A stretch of DNA of 64,000 bases from the human T2T-CHM13v2.0 reference genome, Homo sapiens. This document shows positions 52,641 to 64,000 of the stretch, in pieces; the first letter of the stretch is position 1; every line of letters starts with the position of its first letter. Made by a program: the position numbers and the translations under genes. The notes beneath the pieces are model-generated. The model worked only from the letters and a program-made list of their open reading frames with translations. It had not been told where the DNA came from and did no database searches. The DNA lies in NCBI RefSeq assembly GCF_009914755.1, contig NC_060939.1; one strand, 5' to 3'.

Positions 52641-55600
52641 CCTTCCATTCCATTCCATTCGATTACATTCCATGCGATTCCATTCGAAATCGAATCAATT
52701 ACATTGCAATCCATAACTATTGAGTCCGTTTTATTCCAGTCCACTGCATTCTGGTCCATTCCATTTGATTCCATTCCATTCTATTCCATTCCATACAGTT
52801 GCATTCCATTGGATTCCATGCTATATCTATAAATTCAATTCGAGACCATTGCTTTTGAGTCCATTCTATATGATTCCATTCCATTCAAGTCCATTACATT
52901 TGGTTCAATTCCATTCCATTCCATTCCCTTCCATTCCATTCCAGTTGATATCAATCCATTCGATTCCATTCCATTCGAGCACATTCCATTCGAGTCCATT
53001 CCATTCGATGCCATTCCATTTGATTCTATTCCATTAGTCTCCCTTCAATTCCATTAATCTCCATTCCATTCCATTCTACTCCAACTGATTCCATTCCATT
53101 CTATTCCTTTCCATTCCATTTCATTCCATTCCATTCCATTTCATTCCATTCCATTCCATTCGCTTCCATTCCATTCGTGTCCATTCCACTCCAGTCCATT
53201 CCATTCGTGTCCATTCCATTCCAGTCCATTCCATTTGTGTCCACTGCATTCCATTCCACTCCATTCCATATTATTCCATTACACTCCATTCCATTCTATT
53301 ACTTTCATTTCCATTCAATTCCATTCCATATGATTCCACTCCACTCGGTTTCATTCCATTTGAGTCCACTCCATTCCATTCCATTCCATTCCATTCAGTT
53401 CCATTCCATTCTGTTCCATTCCATTCCGTTCCATTGCATTCCATTCCATTCGGTACCATTCCATATTGTTCCATTCGATTCCATTCGAATCCATTCCATT
53501 CCAGTCCATTCCATTCGATTCCATTCCATTCCTTTCAATTCCATTCCATTCCATTCCATTCCACTTGATTCCACTCCATTCCCTTCCACTGCATTCCATT
53601 CGATTCCATTCCTTTGCATTGCATTCCATTCCATTGGACTGCATTCCATTCGATTCCATTCCATTCGAATCAATTACATAGCAATCCATTACATTCGAGT
53701 CTATTCTATTCCGTTCCATTCGATTTCGTTCCAATCCCTTCGATTCCATTCCATTCGATTCCATTCCATACTATTGCATTCCATTCTATTACATTATATT
53801 CGAATAAGTTCCATTCAAGACCATTTCTTTTGAGTCCATTCTATTTGAGTCCATTCCCTTTGATTCCATAACATTTGAGTCCATTCAATTCCATTCCTTT
53901 CGTTTCCATTCCATTTGAAGCCATTCCATTCAATTCTGTTCTACTCGACTCCAATACATTCAATTCCATTCCATCCGATTCCATTACATTCTTTTCATTT
54001 CTTATCCATTTCAAGCCATTCCACTCCATTCCATTCCACTCGTTTCCTTTCCATTCGAGTCCATTCCTCTCCAGTCCATTCCATTCAATCCATTCCATTC
54101 CAGTCCATTCCATTCGAGTCCGTTCCATTCCAGTCCATTCCATTCGAGTCAATTGCATCCCATTCGATGTCTTTCCATAACGATCCATTCCATTCTATTC
54201 CTTTCGATTCCATTCCATTCTATTTCATTCCATTCGATTCCCTTCCATTGGACTCCTTTCCATTCGAGTGCATTCCATTCCGTTCCATTTCTTTCCGTTC
54301 TGTACGATTCCTACCGTTCGATTTCATTTTGTTCCAGTCCATTCCTTTCGCGTCCATTCCATTCCATTTCACTCCATTCGATTCCATTCCACTCGATTCC
54401 ACTTCGTTCCATTTCATTGCATTCCATTCTATTCAACTCTATTGCCTTCCATTCCATTCCATTCGATTACATTCCATGCGATTCCATTCGAAATCGAATC
54501 AATTACATTGCAATCCATTACTATTGAGTCCGTTTTATTCCAGTCCACTGCATTCTGGTCCATTCCATTTGATTCCATTCCATTCTATTCCATTCCATAC
54601 AGTTGCATTCCATTGGATTCCATGCTATATCTATAAATTCAATTCGAGACCATTGCTTTTGAGTCCATTCTATATGATTCCATTCCATTCAAGTCCATTA
54701 CATTTGGTTAAATTCCATTCCATTCGGTTCAATTCCATTCCATTCCATTCCCTTCCATTCCATTCCAGTTGATATCAATCCATTCGATTCCATTCCATTC
54801 GAGCACATTCCATTCGAGTCCATTCCATTCGATGCCTTTCCATTTGATTCTATTCCATTAGTCTCCATTCAATTCCATTAATCTCCATTCCATTCCATTC
54901 TACTCCAACTGATTCCATTCCATTCTATTCCTTTCCATTCCATTTCATTCCATTCCATTCCATTCCATTCCATTCCATTCGCTTCCATTCCATTCGTGTC
55001 CATTCCACTCCAGTCCATTCCATTCGTGTCCATTCCATTCCAGTCCATTCCATTTGTGTCCACTGCATTCCATTCCACTCCATTCCATATTATTCCATTA
55101 CACTCCATTCCATTCTATTACTTTCATTTCCATTCAATTCTGTTCCATTTGATTCCATTCCACTCGGTTTCATTCCATTTGAGTCCACTCCATTCCATTC
55201 CATTCCATTCCGTTCAGTTCCATTCCATTCTGTTCCATTCCATTCCGTTCCATTGCATTCCATTCCATTCGGTACCATTCCACATTGTTCCATTCGATTC
55301 CATTCGAATCCATTCCATTCCAGTCCATTCCATTCGATTCCATTCCATTCCTTTCAATTCTATTCCATTCCATTCCATTCCACTTGATTCCACTCCATTC
55401 CCTTCCACTGCATTCCATTCGATTCCATTCCATTGCATTGCATTCCATTCCATTGTACTGCATTTCATTCGATTCCATTCCATTCGAATCAATTACATAT
55501 CAATCCATTACATTCGGGTCTATTCTATTCCGTTCCATTCGATTTCATTCCAATCCATTCGATTCCATTCCATACTATTGCATTCCATTCTATTACATTT

Positions 55601-58600
55601 TATTCGAATAAGTTCCATTCAAGACCATTTCTTTTGAGTCCATTCTATTTGAGTCCATTCTATTTGAATCCATTCCCTTTGATTCCATAACATTTGAGTC
55701 CATTCAATTCCATTCCTTTCGTTTCCATTCCATTTGATGCCATTCCATTCAATTCTGTTCTACTCGACTCCAATACATTCAATTCCATTCCATCCGATTC
55801 CATTACATTCTTTTCATTTCTTATCCATTTCAAGCCATTCCACTCCATTCCATTCCACTCGTTTCCTTTCCATTCGAGTCCATTCCTCTCCAGTCCATTC
55901 CGTTCAATCCATTCCATTCCAGTCCATTCCATTCGAGTCCGTTCCATTCCATTCCATTCCATTCGAGTCAATTCCATTCCATTCGATGTCTTTCCATAAC
56001 GATCCATTCCATTCTATTCCTTTCGATTCCATTCCATTCTATTTCATTCCATTCGATTCCCTTCCATTGGACTCCTTTCCATTCGAGTGCATTCCATTCC
56101 GTTCCATTTCTTTCCGTTCTGTACGATTCCTACCGTTCGATTTCATTTTGTTCCAGTCCATTCCTTTCGCGTCCATTCCATTCCATTTCACTCCATTCGG
56201 TTCCATTCCACTCGATTCCACTTCGTTCCATTTCATTGCATTCCATTCTATTCAACTCTATTGCCTTCCATTCCATTCCATTCGATTACATTCCATGCGA
56301 TTCCATTCGAAATCGAATCAATTACATTGCAATCCATTACTATTGAGTCCATTTTATTCCAGTCCACTGCATTCTGGTCCATTCCATTTGATTCCATTCC
56401 ATTCTATTCCATTCCATACAGTTGCATTCCATTGGATTCCATTCTATATCTATAAATTCAATTCGAGACCATTGCTTTTGAATCCATTCCATATGATTCC
56501 ATTCCATTCAAGTCCATTACATTTGGTTCAATTCCATTCCATTCCATTCCCTTCCATTCCATTCCAGTTGATATCAATCCATTCGATTCCATTCCATTCG
56601 AGCACATTCCATTGGAGTCCATTCCATTCGATGCCATTCCATTTGATTCTATTCCATTAGTCTCCATTCAATTCCATTAATCTCCATTCCATTCCATTCT
56701 ACTCCAACTGATTCCATTCCATTCTATTCCTTTCCATTCCATTTCATTCCATTCCATTCCATTTCATTCCATTCCATTCCATTCGCTTCCATTCCATTCG
56801 TGTCCATTCCACTCCAGTCCATTCCATTCGTGTCCATTCCATTCCAGTCCATTCCATTTGTGTCCACTGCATTCCATTCCACTCCATTCCATATTATTCC
56901 ATTACACTCCATTCCATTCTATTACTTTCATTTCCATTCAATTCCATTCCATTTGATTCCATTCCACTCGGTTTCATTCCATTTGAGTCCACTCCATTCC
57001 ATTCCATTCCATTCCATTCACTTCCATTCCATTCCGTTCCATTCCATTCCGTTCCATTGCATTCCATTCCATTCGGTACCATTCCATATTGTTCCATTCG
57101 ATTCCATTCGAATCCATTCCATTCCAGTCCATTCCATTCGATTCCATTCCATTCCTTTCAATTCCATTCCATTCCATTCCATTCCACTTGATTCCACTCC
57201 ATTCCCTTCCACTGCATTCCATTCGATTCCATTCCATTGCATTGCATTCCATTCCATTGGACTGCATTCCATTCGATTCCATTCCATTCGAATCAATTAC
57301 ATAGCAATCCATTACATTCGGGTCTATTCTATTCCGTTCCATTCGATTTCGTTCCAATCCATTCGATTCCATTCCATTCGATTCCATTCCATACTATTGC
57401 ATTCCATTCGATTACATTATATTCGAATAAGTTGCATTCAAGACCATTTCTTTTGAGTCCATTCTATTTGAGTCCATTCCCTTTGATTCCATAACATTTG
57501 AGTCCATTCAATTCCATTCCTTTCGTTTGCATTCCATTTGATGCCATTCCATTCAATTCTGTTCTACTCGACTCCAATACATTCAATTCCATTCCATCCG
57601 ATTCCATTACATTCTTTTCATTTCTTATCCATTTCAAGCCATTCCACTCCATTCCATTCCACTCGTTTCCTTTCCATTCGAGTCCATTCCTCTCCAGTCC
57701 ATTCCGTTCAATCCATTCCATTACAGTCCATTCCATTCGAGTCCGTTCCATTCCAGTCCAATCCATTCGAGTCAATTCCATCCCATTCGATGTCTTTCCA
57801 TAACGATCCATTCCATTCTATTCCTTTCGATTCCATTCCATTCTATTTCATTCCATTCGATTCCCTTCCATTGGACTCCTTTCCATTCGAGTGCATTCCA
57901 TTCCGTTCCATTTCTTTCCGTTCTGTACGATTCCTACCGTTCGATTTCATTTTGTTCCAGTCCATTCCTTTCGCGTCCATTCCATTCCATTTCACTCCAT
58001 TCGATTCCATTCCACTCGATTCCACTTCGTTCCATTTCATTGCATTCCATTCTATTCAACTCTATTGCCTTCCATTCCATTCCATTCCATTACATTCCAT
58101 GCGATTCCATTCGAAATCGAATCAATTACATTGCAATCCATTACTATTGAGTCCATTTTATTCCAGTCCACTGCATTCTGGTCCATTCCATTTGATTCCA
58201 TTCCATTCTATTCCATTCCATACAGTTGCATTCCATTGGATTCCATTCTATATCTATAAATTCAATTCGAGACCATTGCTTTTGAGTCCATTCTATATGA
58301 TTCCATTCCATTCAAGTCCATTACATTTGGTTCAAATCCATTCCATTCCATTCCCTTCCATTCCATTCCAGTTGATATCAATCCATTCGATTCCATTCCA
58401 TTCGAGCACATTCCATTCGAGTCCATTCCATTCGATGCCATTCCATTTGATTCTATTCCATTAGTCTCCATTCAATTCCATTAATCTCCATTCCATTCCA
58501 TTCTACTCCAACTGATTCCATTCCATTCTATTCCTTTCCATTCCATTTCATTCCATTCCATTCCATTCCATTCCATTCCATTCCATTCCATTCGCTTCCA

Positions 58601-61600
58601 TTCCATTCGTGTCCATTCCACTCCAGTCCATTCCATTCGTGTCCATTCCATTCCAGTCCATTCCATTTGTGTCCACTGCATTCCATTCCACTCCATTCCA
58701 TATTATTCCATTACACTCCATTCCATTCTATTACTTTCATTTCCATTCAATTCCGTTGCATTTGATTCCATTCCACACGGTTTCATTCCATTTGAGTCCA
58801 CTCCATTCCATTCCATTCCATTCCGTTCAGTTCCATTCCATTCTGTTCCATTCCATTCCGTTCCATTGCATTACATTCCATTCGGTACCATTCCACATTG
58901 TTCCATTCGATTCCATTCGAATCCATTCCATTCCAGTCCATTCCATTCGATTCCATTCCATTCCTTTCAATTCTATTCCATTCCATTCCATTCCACTTGA
59001 TTCCACTCCATTCCATTCCACTGCATTCCATTCGATTCCATTCCATTGCATTGCATTCCATTCCATTGGACTGCATTCCATTCGATTCCATTCCATTCGA
59101 ATCAATTACATAGCAATCCATTACATTCGAGTCTATTCTATTCCGTTCCATTCGATTTCATTCCAATCCATTCGATTCCATTCCATACTATTGCATTCCA
59201 TTCTATTACATTTTATTCGAATAAGTTCCATTCAAGACCATTTCTTTTGAGTCCATTCTATTTGAGTCCATTCTATTTGAATCCATTCCCTTTGATTCCA
59301 TAACATTTGAGTCCATTCAATTCCATTCCTTTCGTTTCCATTCCATTTGATGCCATTCCATTCAATTCTGTTCTACTCGACTCCAATACATTCAATTCCA
59401 TTCCATCCGATTCCATTACATTCTTTTCATTTCTTATCCATTTCAAGCCATTCCACTCCATTCCATTCCACTCGTTTCCTTTCCATTCGAGTCCATTCCT
59501 CTCCAGTCCATTCCTTTCAATCCATTCCATTCCAGTCCATTCCATTCGAGTCCGTTCCATTCCATTCCATTCCATTCGAGTCAATTCCATTCCATTCGAT
59601 GTCTTTCCATAACGATCCATTCCATTCTATTCCTTTCGATTCCATTCCATTCTATTTCATTCCATTCGATTCCCTTCCATTGGACTCCTTTCCATTCGAG
59701 TGCATTCCATTCCGTTCCATTTCTTTCCGTTCTGTACGATTCCTACCGTTCGATTTCATTTTGTTCCAGTCCATTCCTTTCGCGTCCATTCCATTCCATT
59801 TCACTCCATTCGGTTCCATTCCACTCGATTCCACTTCGTTCCATTTCATTGCATTCCATTCTATTCAACTCTATTGCCTTCCATTCCATTCCATTCCATT
59901 ACATTCCATGCGATTCCATTCGAAATCGAATCAATTACATTGCAATCCATTACTATTGAGTCCATTTTATTCCAGTCCACTGCATTCTGGTCCATTCCAT
60001 TTGATTCCATTCCATTCTATTCCATTCCATACAGTTGCATTCCATTGGATTCCATTCTATATCTATAAATTCAATTCGAGACCATTGCTTTTGAATCCAT
60101 TCCATATGATTCCATTCCATTCAAGTCCATTACATTTGGTTCAATTCCATTCCATTCCATTCCCTTCCATTCCATTCCAGTTGATATCAATCCATTCGAT
60201 TCCATTCCATTCGAGCACATTCCATTGGAGTCCATTCCATTCGATGCCATTCCATTTGATTCTATTCCATTAGTCTCCATTCAATTCCATTAATCTCCAT
60301 TCCATTCCATTCTACTCCAACTGATTCCATTCCATTCTATTCCTTTCCATTCCATTTCATTCCATTCCATTCCATTTCATTCCATTCCATTCGCTTCCAT
60401 TCCATTCGTGTCCATTCCACTCCAGTCCATTCCATTCGTATCCATTCCATTCCAGTCCATTCCATTTGTGTCCACTGCATTCCATTCCACTCCATTCCAT
60501 ATTATTCCATTACACTCCATTCCATTCTATTACTTTCATTTCCATTCAATTCCATTCCATTTGATTCCATTCCACTCGGTTTCATTCCATTTGAGTCCAC
60601 TCCATTCCATTCCATTCCATTCCATTCACTTCCATTCCATTCCGTTCCATTCCATTCCGTTCCATTGCATTCCATTCCATTCGGTACCATTCCATATTGT
60701 TCCATTCGATTCCATTCGAATCCATTCCATTCCAGTCCATTCCATTCGATTCCATTCCATTCCTTTCAATTCCATTCCATTCCATTCCATTCCACTTGAT
60801 TCCACTCCATTCCCTTCCACTGCATTCCATTCGATTCCATTCCATTGCATTGCATTCCATTCCATTGGACTGCATTCCATTCGATTCCATTCCATTCGAA
60901 TCAATTACATAGCAATCCATTACATTCGGGTCTATTCTATTCCGTTCCATTCGATTTCATTCCAATCCATTCGATTCCATTCCATACTATTGCATTCCAT
61001 TCTATTACATTTTATTCGAATAAGTTCCATTCAAGACCATTTCTTTTGAGTCCATTCTATTTGAGTCCATTCTATTTGAATCCATTCCCTTTGATTCCAT
61101 AACATTTGAGTCCATTCAATTCCATTCCTTTCGTTTCCATTCCATTTGATGCCATTCCATTCAATTCTGTTCTACTCGACTCCAATACATTCAATTCCAT
61201 TCCATCCGATTCCATTACATTCTTTTCATTTCTTATCCATTTCAAGCCATTCCACTGCATTCCATTCCACTCGTTTCCTTTCCATTCGAGTCCATTCCTC
61301 TCCAGTCCATTCCGTTCAATCCATTCCATTCCAGTCCATTCCATTCGAGTCCGTTCCATTCCATTCCATTCCATTCGAGTCAATTCCATTCCATTCGATG
61401 TCTTTCCATAACGATCCATTCCATTCTATTCCTTTCGATTCCATTCCATTCTATTTCATTCCATTCGATTCCCTTCCATTGGACTCCTTTCCATTCGAGT
61501 GCATTCCATTCCGTTCCATTTCTTTCCGTTCTGTACGATTCCTACCGTTCGATTTCATTTTGTTCCAGTCCATTCCTTTCGCGTCCATTCCATTCCATTT

Positions 61601-63500
61601 CACTCCATTCGGTTCCATTCCACTCGATTCCACTTCGTTCCATTTCATTGCATTCCATTCTATTCAACTCTATTGCCTTCCATTCCATTCCATTCCATTA
61701 CATTCCATGCGATTCCATTCGAAATCGAATCAATTACATTGCAATCCATTACTATTGAGTCCATTTTATTCCAGTCCACTGCATTCTGGTCCATTCCATT
61801 TGATTCCATTCCATTCTATTCCATTCCATACAGTTGCATTCCATTGGATTCCATTCTATATCTATAAATTCAATTCGAGACCATTGCTTTTGAATCCATT
61901 CCATATGATTCCATTCCATTCAAGTCCATTACATTTGGTTCAATTCCATTCCATTCCATTCCCTTCCATTCCATTCCAGTTGATATCAATCCATTCGATT
62001 CCATTCCATTCGAGCACATTCCATTGGAGTCCATTCCATTCGATGCCATTCCATTTGATTCTATTCCATTAGTCTCCATTCAATTCCATTAATCTCCATT
62101 CCATTCCATTCTACTCCAACTGATTCCATTCCATTCTATTCCTTTCCATTCCATTTCATTCCATTCCATTCCATTTCATTCCATTCCATTCCATTTCATT
62201 CCATTCCATTCCATTCGCTTCCATTCCATTCGTGTCCATTCCACTCCAGTCCATTCCATTCGTGTCCATTCCATTCCAGTCCATTCCATTTGTGTCCACT
62301 GCATTCCATTCCACTCCATTCCATATTATTCCATTACACTCCATTCCATTCTATTACTTTCATTTCCATTCAATTCCATTCCATTTGATTCCATTCCACT
62401 CGGTTTCATTCCATTTGAGTCCACTCCATTCCATTCCATTCCATTCCTTTCACTTCCATTCCATTCCGTTCCATTCCATTCCGTTCCATTGCATTCCATT
62501 CCATTCGGTACCATTCCATATTGTTCCATTCGATTCCATTCGAATCCATTCCATTCCAGTCCATTCCATTCGATTCCATTCCATTCCTTTCAATTCCATT
62601 CCATTCCATTCATTCCACTTGATTCCACTCCATTCCCTTCCACTGCATTCCATTCGATTCCATTCCATTGCATTGCATTCCATTCCATTGGACTGCATTC
62701 CATTCGATTCCATTCCATTCGAATCAATTACATAGCAATCCATTACATTCGGGTCTATTCTATTCCGTTCCATTCGATTTCGTTCCAATCCATTCGATTC
62801 CATTCCATTCGATTCCATTCCATACTATTGCATTCCATTCGATTACATTATATTCGAATAAGTTGCATTCAAGACCATTTCTTTTGAGTCCATTCTATTT
62901 GAGTCCATTCCCTTTGATTCCATAACATTTGAGTCCATTCAATTCCATTCCTTTCGTTTGCATTCCATTTGATGCCATTCCATTCAATTCTGTTCTACTC
63001 GACTCCAATACATTCAATTCCATTCCATCCGATTCCATTACATTCTTTTCATTTCTTATCCATTTCAAGCCATTCCACTCCATTCCATTCCACTCGTTTC
63101 CTTTCCATTCGAGTCCATTCCTCTCCAGTCCATTCCGTTCAATCCATTCCATTCCAGTCCATTCCATTCGAGTCCGTTCCATTCCAGTCCAATCCATTCG
63201 AGTAAATTCCATCCCATTCGATGTCTTTCCATAACGATCCATTCCATTCTATTCCTTTCGATTCCATTCCATTCTATTTCATTCCATTCGATTCCCTTCC
63301 ATTGGACTCCTTTCCATTCGAGTGCATTCCATTCCGTTCCATTTCTTTCCGTTCTGTACGATTCCTACCGTTCGATTTCATTTTGTTCCAGTCCATTCCT
63401 TTCGCGTCCATTGCATTCCATTTCACTCCATTCGATTCCATTCCACTCGATTCCACTTCGTTCCATTTCATTGCATTCCATTCTATTCAACTCTATTGCC
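52641..63500 (+). repeat. 6-unit higher-order block (~10.86 kb), copy 2, directly in tandem
   Basis: CCATAACTAT (41848/52711), GGTTAAATTCC insertion (43843/54706), CGTATCC (49579/60437), GAGTAAATT (52342/63200), GTCCATTGCA (52548/63406). Confidence 0.95.
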
Positions 63501-64000
63501 TTCCATTCCATTCCATTCGATTACATTCCATGCGATTCCATTCGAAATCGAATCAATTACATTGCAATCCATTACTATTGAGTCCATTTTATTCCAGTCC
63601 ACTGCATTCTGGTCCATTCCATTTGATTCCATTCCATTCTATTCCATTCCATACAGTTGCATTCCATTGGATTCCATTCTATATCTATAAATTCAATTCG
63701 AGACCATTGCTTTTGAATCCATTCTATATGATTCCATTCCATTCAAGTCCATTACATTTGGTTCAAATCCATTCCATTCCATTCCCTTCCATTCCATTCC
63801 AGTTGATATCAATCCATTCGATTCCATTCCATTCGAGCACATTCCATTCGAGTCCATTCCATTCGATGCCATTCCATTTGATTCTATTCCATTAGTCTCC
63901 ATTCAATTCCATTAATCTCCATTCCATTCCATTCTACTCCAACTGATTCCATTCCATTCTATTCCTTTCCATTCCATTTCATTCCATTCCATTCCATTCC

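Larger units (their letters stand above)
237..62512 (+). repeat. ~1.8-kb tandem unit marked by one KpnI site (GGTACC) per copy, 36 sites; probable D15Z1 / HSat3A5 family
   Basis: GGTACC at about 237, 1996, 3785, 5573, 7347 and so on to 62507. The same anchor position recurs at 700, 2459, 4253, 6041, 7815, 9609 and on to 62969, with spacings of 1759-1823 bp and two outliers (1094, 1904). A 1.8-kb KpnI satellite III unit is the established hallmark of D15Z1 on chr15. Periodicity is certain; the family name is inferred. Confidence 0.8.
1..64000 (+). repeat. Human Satellite 3 (satellite III)-type array, diverged (CATTC)n / (GAATG)n pentamer, C-rich strand on + throughout
   Basis: Every line is CATTC with substitutions (CATTCGATTC, GAGTC, CATTG and others). 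There is no recurrent CATTCGATGATGATTC-type HSat2 unit, no non-satellite insert and no strand switch. Confidence 0.98.

Noticed and set aside
1-64000. CRISPR-like or other repeat-spacer system
   Set aside because: There are no unique spacers and no cas or other genes. The intervening sequence is itself copied from unit to unit.
1-64000. HSat2 (also ~1.8 kb on chr1) or DYZ1 assignment
   Set aside because: The sequence lacks the GATGAT-containing 23/26-bp HSat2 unit. The period is 1.8 kb rather than ~3.56 kb, and there are no periodic EcoRI or HaeIII sites.
1-64000. Inversion, L1/Alu insertion, alpha satellite or CENP-B box
   Set aside because: I saw no GAATG-strand segment, poly(A) tail, target-site duplication or 171-bp monomer.

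Overview
The whole 64 kb is one uninterrupted, single-orientation array of Human Satellite 3-type DNA, (CATTC)n on the + strand and (GAATG)n on the - strand. It is organised as about 36 tandem copies of a ~1.8 kb unit, each with one KpnI site. This matches the classical 1.8-kb KpnI satellite III family D15Z1 (HSat3A5, chr15 short arm/pericentromere), but that assignment is inferred from motif and period, not from an alignment. I see no credible genes, RNA genes, transposons, CRISPR arrays or inversions, and the ORF track is an artefact of a stop-poor pentamer. I found no new gene system. The informative signal is a layered repeat structure: (1) the 5-bp pentamer; (2) an old ~829/~965-bp subunit dimer inside each 1.8-kb unit; (3) a left domain (1-34 kb) that is a mosaic of multi-unit duplications at 7,160, 16,134, 17,894, 19,653 and 19,688 bp offsets with mappable chimeric junctions; (4) a rearranged transition zone (34.6-41.7 kb) with a 665-bp deletion and a 70-bp duplication; (5) a right domain containing an almost perfect tandem duplication of six units (~10.86 kb). 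All comparisons were made by eye and from ORF-track coordinates, so the difference counts are minimums.
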